Source: Candidatus Omnitrophota bacterium
Lineage (GTDB): Bacteria; Omnitrophota; Gorgyraeia; 1-14-0-20-64-10
Length of the DNA: 57,191 nucleotides
Direction of reading: 5' to 3'
Assembly (NCBI GenBank): GCA_023248155.1
Contig: JAHFFE010000002.1
Span: 197,673 to 254,863 of the forward strand
The translations under genes and the position numbers were made by a program. Of the stretch, positions 48,334 through 57,135 are shown in pieces. The notes below the pieces were generated by a model that was not told the DNA's origin, made no database searches, and was given only the letters and a program-made list of their open reading frames with translations. The number at the start of each line of letters is the position of its first letter. Positions within the stretch are counted from its first letter, which is position 1.

Positions 48334-49676
48334 AAATTCATGTTTTAAGTTTGGGTTGCGCCCGCGCGCTGGTCGATTCGGAAGGATTGGCCGGCCTGCT
48401 GAAAGAAGCGGGGCACTCGCTCAGCCATGAACCGCAGTCGGCCGATTGCGTCGTCGTAAATACCTGCTCATTCATCCGCGAAGCCGAAGAAGAATCGGTC
48501 GCGACGATCCTCGATTTAGCCGAACTTAAAAAGACCGGAAAAATCCGCCGCCTTTATGTGGCCGGATGCCTTCCGCAAAAACGCCGCAATGAGAAAGAAG
48601 ATATGCTCTCGCTGCTGCCTGAAGTAGATGGCTTTCTGGGCCCCGGTGATCTCTCAAAACTGCCGATGCTGATCGAGCGGCAGGAATCGGGCAAGCCCGA
48701 CCGTTTTTTTGTGACGTCGCCGGTCCCGACCTTATTATTCGAGTCGACGGCGCCGCGCCAGCGGTTGACGCCCAAACATTTCGCTTATGTGAAAGTCTCT
48801 GAAGGCTGCGACCATGCCTGCACCTTCTGTTCCATTCCGCAGTTCCGCGGCGCGCACCGTTCACGGTCCATCGAAGATATTTCGGCCGAGGTTCGCCAGC
48901 TGGTTTCCGAAGGGGTAAAAGAATTCAACCTGATCGGGCAGGACAGCTCCTATTACGGCGCCGATATTTACGGCAAGCCGTGCCTGCCGAAATTGCTGCG
49001 CGCGCTTTCTGAGATTCCGGACGTGCGATGGATCCGTATTTTATACGCGCACCCGGCGCATGTGACCGACGATCTGATCGCCGCGATTCGCGACTGCAAG
49101 CCGGTCGTTAAATACATCGACATTCCGTTGCAGCATATCAACGACCGGTTGCTGCGCGCGATGCGCCGCGAAACCGACGGCGATTACATCCGCCGCCTGG
49201 TTCGCAAATTCCGCGAGCAGGTTCCCGGCATGGTGATCCGCAGTACGTTCATCGTCGGGTTCCCCGGGGAGACCGATGCCGATGCCGACGAGCTCGAGGC
49301 ATTTCTCGGCGAGGCCCGTTTCGAGAGGGTCGGCATGTTCCCGTTTTCACCGGAACCGAAAACACCGTCCGAGAAAATGGCGGAACAGGTTCCCGACGAC
49401 GTAAAGAAAAAACGGCTCGACCAGTTAATGCGCCGCCAGCAGGAGATTTCGTACAGCATTAATCAGGGCTGGATCGGCCGCGAGATGGAAGTGCTTATCG
49501 AGGAGCCCGATTCCGAAGACAAAACTCTTTTTATGGGCCGCAGCTATGCCGATGCGCCCGAGGTGGATGGACAGGTGTTCGTGAAATCACCGGCGCCGCT
49601 TGCGGTGGGCGAACTGGTCCGCGTGAAGATCACCGATGCGTATGAATACGATCTGTTCGGCGAGGTGATTCCGTAA
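48330..49676 (+). CDS. rimO: ribosomal protein S12 methylthiotransferase RimO (MiaB-family radical SAM)
   Basis: MTTase N-domain (LSLGCARALVDSE...NTCSFI), radical-SAM motif CDHACTFC and a C-terminal TRAM domain. Confidence 0.75.
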   Translation: MKIHVLSLGCARALVDSEGLAGLLKEAGHSLSHEPQSADCVVVNTCSFIREAEEESVATILDLAELKKTGKIRRLYVAGCLPQKRRNEKEDMLSLLPEVDGFLGPGDLSKLPMLIERQESGKPDRFFVTSPVPTLLFESTAPRQRLTPKHFAYVKVSEGCDHACTFCSIPQFRGAHRSRSIEDISAEVRQLVSEGVKEFNLIGQDSSYYGADIYGKPCLPKLLRALSEIPDVRWIRILYAHPAHVTDDLIAAIRDCKPVVKYIDIPLQHINDRLLRAMRRETDGDYIRRLVRKFREQVPGMVIRSTFIVGFPGETDADADELEAFLGEARFERVGMFPFSPEPKTPSEKMAEQVPDDVKKKRLDQLMRRQQEISYSINQGWIGREMEVLIEEPDSEDKTLFMGRSYADAPEVDGQVFVKSPAPLAVGELVRVKITDAYEYDLFGEVIP

Positions 49677-50251
49677 TGAATCTGCCGAACCAATTAACAC
49701 TGCTGCGCATCGTCCTCAGTTTTGTATTGATCGGCTGCATGCTGATGCCCGGCATTGGTTTTAAGACGGCGGCGGTGGTTGTTTTCGCGCTGGCGGCGTT
49801 GACAGATCTTTTAGACGGGAAATTGGCGCGCGAAAAAGGGCTGATCACCGATTTTGGAATTTTAATGGATCCGATCGCCGATAAAGTGCTGGTGCTCGGA
49901 TCGTTTATGGCGCTGATCCAGCTGGATATTGTTCCGGCCTGGATGGTGGTGCTGATTGCCATGCGCGAATTTTTGCTGACCGGCATCCGTCTGGTGGCGT
50001 TGAACCGCGGACAGGTTCTGGCGGCCGAGCGTTCCGGTAAGAATAAAACCGTGATGCAGATGGTGACGATCGCGCTGGCATTGATCTATTTGGCGCTGCG
50101 TGAAACAGGGTGGGGCGTTTCATCAGGTGCTGAGTCGATCCGGATGATTCGATCGGGGCTCGATTTATTTGTCTGGCTGACGATGATCTTAACCATCACC
50201 AGCGGCATCAGCTTCTTCTGGAATAACCGGAAAGTGATTCTCTCATTCTGA
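49676..50251 (+). CDS. pgsA: CDP-diacylglycerol--glycerol-3-phosphate 3-phosphatidyltransferase
   Basis: CDP-alcohol phosphatidyltransferase motif DLLDGKLAR...GILMDPIADK. Confidence 0.9.
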   Translation: MNLPNQLTLLRIVLSFVLIGCMLMPGIGFKTAAVVVFALAALTDLLDGKLAREKGLITDFGILMDPIADKVLVLGSFMALIQLDIVPAWMVVLIAMREFLLTGIRLVALNRGQVLAAERSGKNKTVMQMVTIALALIYLALRETGWGVSSGAESIRMIRSGLDLFVWLTMILTITSGISFFWNNRKVILSF

Positions 50252-50255
50252 AAAA

Positions 50256-50321
50256 ATGTCATTCCGAGATGGTACTTGCTCGGAATCTTAGATCCTGAGC
50301 AGAAACAATCTCAGGATGACA
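50256..50321 (+). repeat. two-hairpin repeat family C, copy 2
   Basis: ATGTCAT-[TCCGAG..CTCGGA]-ATCTTAG-[ATCCTGAG..CTCAGGAT]-GACA, located in the pgsA-pgpA spacer. Confidence 0.6.
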
Positions 50322-50341
50322 GCGTGGGGTGCCTGATCTCC

Positions 50342-50782
50342 ATGATTACAAAGATGATTGCCACATTCTTCGGGATTGGCTATTTTCCGGCTGCGCCGGG
50401 AACCGCCGCATCGGCGGTGGCGGCGTTACTGGCCTGGTTTGTTTTTGGGCTGCCATTGAATCCTCTAATCTTTCCTTTCTTTTTGGCCGCCATCGGAATT
50501 TGGAGTTCCGATTGTTTTTCGAAACAGATCAACCAAAAAGATCCGCACTGCATTGTGATCGACGAAGTCGCCGGCATGGCGCTGGCTGTTGCCGGACTGC
50601 CGCGCAGCTGGCAGGTTTACTTGGCTGCGTTTGTGCTGTTCCGTCTGCTCGATATTGTCAAGCCGGGCCCGATCCGGAGAGCGGAACAGCTTCCCGGAGG
50701 GTGGGGGATCATGACAGATGATCTTTTGGCCGGCCTGGCGGCGAACATGCTGATCCGCGGATTTTTGTTGTTCGCCCATTGA
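50342..50782 (+). CDS. pgpA: phosphatidylglycerophosphatase A
   Basis: FFGIGYFPAAPGTAAS...IVIDEVAGM...FRLLDIVKPGPI. I chose ATG 50342 as the start because the track's 50276 runs through repeat C. Confidence 0.8.
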   Translation: MITKMIATFFGIGYFPAAPGTAASAVAALLAWFVFGLPLNPLIFPFFLAAIGIWSSDCFSKQINQKDPHCIVIDEVAGMALAVAGLPRSWQVYLAAFVLFRLLDIVKPGPIRRAEQLPGGWGIMTDDLLAGLAANMLIRGFLLFAH

Positions 50783-50788
50783 AAAACT

Positions 50789-53700
50789 ATGATTTATATG
50801 CTAAAATTATTTAACAATAACATGTCTCGCCAGAATTTTTCTTTTGCCCGCTTTTTTGCGGCTTTATTAGCCGTTGCGCAGATCTTTTGCGTAACCGTGA
50901 CGCCTTCCTACGCGCTGCGCGCTGTTTCTCCGTCGGAATCTCGCCCTGATTTGCAAACCCGCCTCTCGGGGCAGGAAGAGCCAGTCAGGGTTTTTGACGC
51001 GTTTAGGCGGTCGGAGGTCAATCCGGAAATCGGGGCCCGCGTCGCAAATTTTCTGATTGGAACGGGCGCGCAAATGCGTGTAGCGCAGGTCGAGATGAAT
51101 CAAACTCTGCCCATTTATTCCAATCCGCACGACGAATATTATTTGATTCTGTCCGGCCGGGGGCTTCTTCAGACGGGCACTCTCGCCGGCAAGGTGGGCT
51201 CTGGAGATTTAATCCGGATTCCGGCCGGATCACCCCATACTATTACGGCTGTTGGCGAGGAATCTCTGACGCTGGCCTTTTTCTATCGGGGTTCGTACCA
51301 GAGAGCCTTGAGGCCGGAAGTTCCGGTTCTTTCCGGCGAAACGCCCGCCGGCCGCGGCCGCTATTTTCTGGAAATCGCCAAGCTCAATGGAGACAGCGAG
51401 AGTGAACTGTTTGTTGGAGAACGGCTCTCGATCCGTTTGTATCAAAAGCGGGGTCGCGTTAACCGTTCTTTTACTCCAGACCGCCAAACCCTCTTGTATG
51501 TAACGACAGGCGAAATGGAACTTGCATTCAATGCAAGTGGTCAACAGTTTTCGTTGAGAAAAGAAAGCGGAATAGTTATTCCGGCCGGCATGATTGTTCA
51601 TTTATCCGGTAAGCATAGTGCTCGCTTTCTTTTAATTTCTGCGTTGGATCGTTTGACGGTTGGAAATTATCGCGAACTTGCCGTGGTGTTGCAGCGTTAT
51701 CACGGCCTGCCGCTTGAAAATCCGCCGGCCAATTCTCCAGCGTATGAGCGCCTGCGCAGTTTGGATAATTATTCCGGCACCAATGGAATTTATCAGTTAA
51801 CAGCCGATCTTCAGGCGGCCAGGGATGCCGGATTATTGCGAATCACAAATCTTTTAGAACAGGACTTGAATCCCCAAAATTTCTACGATGGTTTGCCGGC
51901 ATCTATAAAACGCGATAGAGAATTTCCCGCTCCGAAACTGTCGTGGAAAGACTATTTCAACATTCAGGTTCTTTTGCGGAACTCTCCTGAGCTCTATCGA
52001 GACCCGGAGGGACTTCGAAAACTTGCGGATCAGCAAGAAATAGCACCGGCCGCACTTTGGCATACATTTCATTCCGAGTTTGGTGAACAACTTGGCTGGG
52101 GAGCTATCGCTCAATTCAGAACCGTTCGTCAAGCGGCGGCCACCGCCGGCATGGAAGAGGCGAAGGTGGAAGATTTCTTCGACGAGATTCCGGCGGCCGA
52201 TGCGAACGAGTTCAAGGTGGCAGTGATGGTGCCGGTCAGTGATGCCACGATTGATCGGCTCAGCAAAGAGGGGTATCACATCTACCGCATAAAACCTCAG
52301 AAGGAACCGCTGGGAATTATCGGCGCTGAGAGAACGCGCGCGCTCATTCAAAAAATAAACCCAGATTACCTGATGATCTTTGTGAATGATTCTGTCGATG
52401 AAGAACTTTTGAAGCCGGAGGTGACGCCGAATCTGAAAGGGATTGCCCACATGGGCCTTGGTTTTGGCAATATCACAAAAGCTGCGCGCAAACTTGCCGC
52501 TGAGCGGAAAATCCAGCTTTCCTATGCCGGTGATCCGAGGGTCAGCCGCAATGTGCTTTATAATGCCACTGCCGAGATGGCCGAAACACTGTTGCTGACC
52601 CGCTGGTATGATTTGCTCCGGAATGTCCATCCAAAGATTGGGGTTTTTTCTGAAGGCCAAATCTTGGGAGTTCAACTCCAGGCCTACATTGCCTCTGCCG
52701 GAGGAAATGTTTCCGAGTTAGAGCGGCGAGAGATTCAAGTAGCCGATTTGTTGTGGGCGCAGATGTTTCGGCAGATGAAGCGAGTCGATGCGGCGGTTGA
52801 GTTAGCTCGACAGGGCAAATTTCTCGGAGCAGGGAACGGGGCTGATCGCACGGTCCGAAATTATCAGCTGACAAGACAGCGGGAATTGGGAAAGGCGCCC
52901 AGCCTGGGAATGGTGGGATCTCTGACGATGATTCGCCGCTGGGCCTCGCTTGCCGCCACGCATGGTCTGGATGATCTCTATTATGCTGATCCCAGCGGCG
53001 ACCGGTTCCCGGAACGGGAGGCGTTTCAAATGGGTTTGTCCGTCGGAACTGTGGAGGAAGTGGCGCTGAGTTCCGATTTTCTGTTGCTGGCTCCGGGCAC
53101 GGGCACTGTTTTAACGGCGGATCTGCAGGTGGCTCAAGCGCTGTCCAGAAAGAATCCCGTTTTAAGAGTGGATCCTGCCCAATGGATCTGGACCGGCCCT
53201 GATCTGCAGCTGTTTCTGCCGGACCGGTCGTTGCAAAATCAAACCATCGGTTTTTACGGTTTGGGAACCATCGGCGGAACAGCGGCCTCATTTTTAAAAC
53301 GATTCGGCGCGAATATCATCGCCGTGGTTCGTCATCCCGACGATTACAGGTCCATTGGAGAACGGCTGAATGTCTCGTTTGTTTCTCCGGAACAGATCTG
53401 GCGGAAGGCGCGGCTGGTGTTGTTGTCTCTGCCTGCGGATGCGGGGCAGGTGGTGACGCCTGAGATTTTAGATGACCCAACGACAATCACGGAATTAATC
53501 GGCAACATCGGCCGTGGAGACGCGGTTGCGGGTACTCTTTCAGAAGAAGAAAGCTTCGTGCAGGCGTTGCTTAGAACCGGCAGGGCGTACTCCACGGATG
53601 TTCTTCCGAATGAAAAACTGGAATGGCAGAAACAGCCGTTGAGGGCGCTCGTAGAAAGCGGGCAGGCCATTGTGAGCTCTCATATTGCCAGCAACGCCGA

Positions 53701-54331
53701 GAACCCGCTGACAAAAATCAGCGTGCGCGGCTTGATGGAAGGCACCGCTGTGAACAACCTGCTGGTGATGCGGCATAATCAGTTGCAGCCTGGTGACCCC
53801 AGACCATTACCCAATCCGATTCCTGCGCCGGCCGGCCAGGAGGAAGTTGCTGCTGCGGAACAGCGGGTAGCGGCTGTTATCGATCAGCTTGTCAGAAAAT
53901 CGCAATTTTCCGTTAAGCAAAAGGTGGTAGCGATCGGTCCCAGCGTCTATCAATCAAAAGACTACGACTTCCTGCCGGCTTTTGTTGAAACATATTTTGG
54001 CCCTGTTCAAGAACGAATATTTTTTGATCCGGTGAATCCGCAGAACAGAGAATCTGTCTGGGATACTCAATTTGATTGGAATGCCGGTGACGGGGAATAT
54101 GGAAAACGGGTTGATTTGGTGAGCTATCTGGGGTCTAGCGATGAACAATCTGATTTTAATCGGTGGGCGCAAACTCACTTGCAGGTCAATTTTTCCACAT
54201 TGCATTGGCAAAAAGAGCCGGCGAAATTTTTGCATGAGCTGCTCAGGGAGCTGGCCCTTCCTTTCAACATCCTTTCTGTTAATGAGGATCAACAACTGCA
54301 GGCCGACCTGGAGCTTCTCGTTTCCTCTTAA
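50789..54331 (+). CDS. giant exported protein P3 (1,180 aa): tandem cupins + D-2-hydroxyacid-dehydrogenase-like NAD domain, AGxEE-delimited family
   Basis: Signal peptide ...VTVTPSYA|LRAVS with SGQEE at 50966-50980. Cupin motifs (HDEYYLILSGRG...IRIPAGSPH; LLYVTTGEMEL...VIPAGMIVH). AGMEE is at 52145. The Rossmann region has GLGTIGGTAASFLKRFGANIIAVVRHPD plus NIGRG, DVLPNE and SSH. AGQEE is at 53831. Met12 (50822) is an alternative start. Confidence 0.8.
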   Translation: MIYMLKLFNNNMSRQNFSFARFFAALLAVAQIFCVTVTPSYALRAVSPSESRPDLQTRLSGQEEPVRVFDAFRRSEVNPEIGARVANFLIGTGAQMRVAQVEMNQTLPIYSNPHDEYYLILSGRGLLQTGTLAGKVGSGDLIRIPAGSPHTITAVGEESLTLAFFYRGSYQRALRPEVPVLSGETPAGRGRYFLEIAKLNGDSESELFVGERLSIRLYQKRGRVNRSFTPDRQTLLYVTTGEMELAFNASGQQFSLRKESGIVIPAGMIVHLSGKHSARFLLISALDRLTVGNYRELAVVLQRYHGLPLENPPANSPAYERLRSLDNYSGTNGIYQLTADLQAARDAGLLRITNLLEQDLNPQNFYDGLPASIKRDREFPAPKLSWKDYFNIQVLLRNSPELYRDPEGLRKLADQQEIAPAALWHTFHSEFGEQLGWGAIAQFRTVRQAAATAGMEEAKVEDFFDEIPAADANEFKVAVMVPVSDATIDRLSKEGYHIYRIKPQKEPLGIIGAERTRALIQKINPDYLMIFVNDSVDEELLKPEVTPNLKGIAHMGLGFGNITKAARKLAAERKIQLSYAGDPRVSRNVLYNATAEMAETLLLTRWYDLLRNVHPKIGVFSEGQILGVQLQAYIASAGGNVSELERREIQVADLLWAQMFRQMKRVDAAVELARQGKFLGAGNGADRTVRNYQLTRQRELGKAPSLGMVGSLTMIRRWASLAATHGLDDLYYADPSGDRFPEREAFQMGLSVGTVEEVALSSDFLLLAPGTGTVLTADLQVAQALSRKNPVLRVDPAQWIWTGPDLQLFLPDRSLQNQTIGFYGLGTIGGTAASFLKRFGANIIAVVRHPDDYRSIGERLNVSFVSPEQIWRKARLVLLSLPADAGQVVTPEILDDPTTITELIGNIGRGDAVAGTLSEEESFVQALLRTGRAYSTDVLPNEKLEWQKQPLRALVESGQAIVSSHIASNAENPLTKISVRGLMEGTAVNNLLVMRHNQLQPGDPRPLPNPIPAPAGQEEVAAAEQRVAAVIDQLVRKSQFSVKQKVVAIGPSVYQSKDYDFLPAFVETYFGPVQERIFFDPVNPQNRESVWDTQFDWNAGDGEYGKRVDLVSYLGSSDEQSDFNRWAQTHLQVNFSTLHWQKEPAKFLHELLRELALPFNILSVNEDQQLQADLELLVSS

Positions 54332-54476
54332 TTCTAGTTGTTAGCAGAAACTATTTCTACATATCCTATTGACGCGGACTCCTTTGTAGTAGATACTTCC
54401 ACTGACGGCAACCAACTCCTTTCGGTTTGCTTATTTTTTTAGAGTATTCCTGGGGAGTTTTAAAAAGAGGTGACTA

Positions 54477-55613
54477 ATGAAACTGTCCATGTTCCTAACG
54501 CGAGTAATGGTGATTGGAGCGGCCAGTTTTCTTGCGGTCTCCTTCGGGTATGCTGACGGTGATGGAGTTAACACGGCGACGGGTCCTGTCCTTGTGGAGA
54601 GTGCCGTGATTGTGGGAAATGCGTCCTCCGGCGACTCGGTTGCCACCGTTAACTTCTTAATAGCGCTTACTAATGCAGTTGAAGCAACGACAACGGTGGG
54701 TTCCACTGGTATCACGCCTCCGCCAATGCCTTCGCCGCCTCCCATAGAGGGAGAGGAGCCAATCCCCACGGGGCCTCCTATTCCATTGGATGAGGATGGG
54801 ATTCCTATCCTGCCGACATCGCCGCCCTTTCCAACGGAAGATGCTCCTGTTCCGGTGGATGGAAACGGCAATCCGATTTTCGTGCCATTCCCATTACCGA
54901 TACCCTCTAGTGGACCCTCGGTTCCCGGTCCCGGAGAGCCCAACCCAGGACCTCTTGATCCGCCAGAAATGCCTTTACCGGATGTGGATCCCAACGATAC
55001 ACCTTCTCCCCCTCCGGTAGAAGAGATTCCGCCGCTGGGTGTTCCGCCGGAACCGGAGCCGGCCGTGATTACAGCGGTTCCGACCGTGCCGACTCTGGAA
55101 GCAATCATCGTCTCTACGTCATTCGCGTCGCTGGCGGTAGATGGAGAAGGTAATCCACTAGGGCCGGTTGATTCGGAGGAAGTAGAGGAAGCGATCGACA
55201 TTGCAGAAGAGCTGGAGAATGAGCCCGAGGATACGACAGATCCGAATGATTCGCTGGGTGAAGGCTGCGATGATCTCGAGGATGAGAATTGTATAGAAAC
55301 AGACGGTCCACTCGATCCTATACCAGATCCGGGTCCGCTGGTTACAAATCCAGAGGAGGATGCAACTCCGATTGATTCGCTGATCGAGACAGATGAAGAA
55401 GCGGTAGAGGAAACGGCCTCCGTGCCCGGGCCGGATGAGGAGGAAGCGATCGATCCCAATGATTCGCTCGGTGAAGGTCAAGGTGAAGAGGATGTTGATG
55501 TGGATGGTTCTGAGGAGATCATTATCAATCTGGCAGACGACAATGATGCGCCCCCGCCGGATTCTTTGATTAGTGTCGAAGAAGAAATGAAGGAAGCGGC
55601 AGGGATTAAATGA
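54477..55613 (+). CDS. exported Pro-rich, highly acidic protein P4 (378 aa)
   Basis: AGAGGTG lies upstream of the ATG. Signal peptide MKLSMFLTRVMVIGAASFLAVSFGYA. Long PxP/acidic low-complexity sequence. The C-terminus contains NLADDNDAPPPD. Confidence 0.7.
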   Translation: MKLSMFLTRVMVIGAASFLAVSFGYADGDGVNTATGPVLVESAVIVGNASSGDSVATVNFLIALTNAVEATTTVGSTGITPPPMPSPPPIEGEEPIPTGPPIPLDEDGIPILPTSPPFPTEDAPVPVDGNGNPIFVPFPLPIPSSGPSVPGPGEPNPGPLDPPEMPLPDVDPNDTPSPPPVEEIPPLGVPPEPEPAVITAVPTVPTLEAIIVSTSFASLAVDGEGNPLGPVDSEEVEEAIDIAEELENEPEDTTDPNDSLGEGCDDLEDENCIETDGPLDPIPDPGPLVTNPEEDATPIDSLIETDEEAVEETASVPGPDEEEAIDPNDSLGEGQGEEDVDVDGSEEIIINLADDNDAPPPDSLISVEEEMKEAAGIK

Positions 55614-56257
55614 AACTGTCCATGTTCCTAACGCGGGTGATGGTGATTGGAGCGGCCAGTCTTCTTGCGGTCTCCTCCGGGTATGCTGACGGTAGTGATG
55701 GGTTTACGACAGTCTGCACTGAAATGGTTGAAAACGCGGTGACGGATGGGACGTCTGTCAAGATTCCCTCATCGATGTTGGCTGCCGCTGCCGCAATGGA
55801 TGCTGCGCCTGTTGGTTTTAAACCTTCTGTACAACCTGCAGGTCCCACTGCATTAGGAGTTGCTTTGGGGATTTTCATTGCTAGCCCGAAGCCGCCGCCC
55901 GCGCCGCCATTTGTACCCCCGACGGCACCTCCGCCGGTGGTACCTCCGGTGGTGCTTCCGACGGCACCTCCATCGGTATCGTTGCCCCCGCCAATGCCTT
56001 TGCCGATTGTTGCGACACCTCTTCCGTTTTTTGCTCCATCGGCAACCTCTGTTCCACCGGAACCTCCTGAACCTCCGAAACCCATCCCGGTTATTTCTCT
56101 GGATGACGATCCGACGCTTCCCATGTTTCCTCCGCCGGCGCCGGATGAGCTTCCAGCGGAAGAAGCACCTCCGCCGCCGGATGAAATCATGCTTCCTGCT
56201 CCTGACGGGTCGATCATGAATCTCGGAGACGACGATGATGCGCCCCCACCGGACTAG
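55610..56257 (+). CDS. exported Pro-rich protein P5 (215 aa), tandem paralogue of P4
   Basis: An ATGA overlap joins it to the P4 stop. The signal peptide is nearly identical (MKLSMFLTRVMVIGAASLLAVSSGYA). The C-terminus is NLGDDDDAPPPD. Confidence 0.7.
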   Translation: MKLSMFLTRVMVIGAASLLAVSSGYADGSDGFTTVCTEMVENAVTDGTSVKIPSSMLAAAAAMDAAPVGFKPSVQPAGPTALGVALGIFIASPKPPPAPPFVPPTAPPPVVPPVVLPTAPPSVSLPPPMPLPIVATPLPFFAPSATSVPPEPPEPPKPIPVISLDDDPTLPMFPPPAPDELPAEEAPPPPDEIMLPAPDGSIMNLGDDDDAPPPD

Positions 56258-56277
56258 GATGACGACGAAGAATAAAT

Positions 56278-56862
56278 TTATTCAGAAATAGAAGGCGTAA
56301 CGGTTTTCCCGAGCAGGAATTGCGCCAGGGGCCGGTAGATCGGTCCCTGGCGCGTTAATTCGGAATGAAACAGTGTGACCGATTCAATCGGCCACGGACT
56401 TTTTCCGCGAAATGAAATTCCCTCGATCTGTTTGACCAGCCGTTTGTGTCCGCGCATCGAACGGACCCGCCCGATTGTCAAATGTGCCTTGAACGGTTTC
56501 TCTTCCATCGGAAAACCGAGCGGGCCGCATGCTTTGTCGACGGCCAGCGCCAGGTTTTTCAGATCTTCTTTTCCATGGCTCATGCCGACCCAAATTACGC
56601 GCGCGACCTCGATGGTGGGGAAGCCGCCCGCACCGCGCAGCGCAATTTTAAACGGGTCCACCGTCGAGAGCCGGGAAATCATCGCCTGTTTGATCTCACC
56701 GGCCTGTTCCTTCGTTGTTTCGCCCAGGAATTTTAGAGTCAGGTGCAAGTTTTCGGGGGCTGTCCAGGTGATGTCGGCGCCGCTGGTTTGAAGGTGTTTC
56801 TGCAGTTCACCGATCTGTTCGCGCAGTTCCTGCGTAATCGCAATTCCCAAGAATGCTCTCAT
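56278..56862 (-). CDS. thpR: RNA 2',3'-cyclic phosphodiesterase (2H family, ThpR/LigT)
   Basis: Two H-x-T-x motifs: HLTLKF and HLTIGR. Length is 194 aa. Confidence 0.85.
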   Translation of the reverse strand: MRAFLGIAITQELREQIGELQKHLQTSGADITWTAPENLHLTLKFLGETTKEQAGEIKQAMISRLSTVDPFKIALRGAGGFPTIEVARVIWVGMSHGKEDLKNLALAVDKACGPLGFPMEEKPFKAHLTIGRVRSMRGHKRLVKQIEGISFRGKSPWPIESVTLFHSELTRQGPIYRPLAQFLLGKTVTPSISE

Positions 56863-56918
56863 AATTCCATTCTAACATTTTTGAAGCTCTTTCGCGCTTC
56901 CGTGCAGGCAAGGCATTG

Positions 56919-57135
56919 TTCGAGAGCCGCAAAGGGGTGTTGCTCTCGCACCGTTCGTTTCAGGCGTCTTCGGGTCCTGCCGCTCGGGGACACTCTCCGC
57001 CGTCCGTGCTCGCTTCGCTGCGCGCGTGGCGGCGAAGGCCGAATCGAATTATTATTCGGCAAGGCCGGAGACAGAGCAACGGAATTGGTAGTCAATTCCT
57101 AGCGTGTCCACGGCTCCCATGCCCGGCTCGACTCT
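56919..57135 (+). repeat. structured repeat family B, copy 2 (short form, ~217 nt)
   Basis: Same 5' block (TTCGAGAGCCGCAAAGGGGT.TTGCTC.CGCA.CGTTCGT) and 3' block (..TTCGGCAAGGCCGGAGACAGAGC.ACGGAAT...GTGTCCACGGCTCCCATGCCCGG) as 42030-42358. It lies upstream of thpR near the window edge. Confidence 0.75.

Noticed and set aside
54431-56217. Long minus-strand ORFs (54431-55459, 342 aa; 55606-56217, 203 aa) antisense to P4 and P5
   Set aside because: They are Ser/Gly-rich mirror images of the Pro/Glu-rich plus-strand genes and end in the antisense of the signal peptides. They have no RBS. The plus-strand ORFs have an RBS, canonical signal peptides and ATGA coupling.
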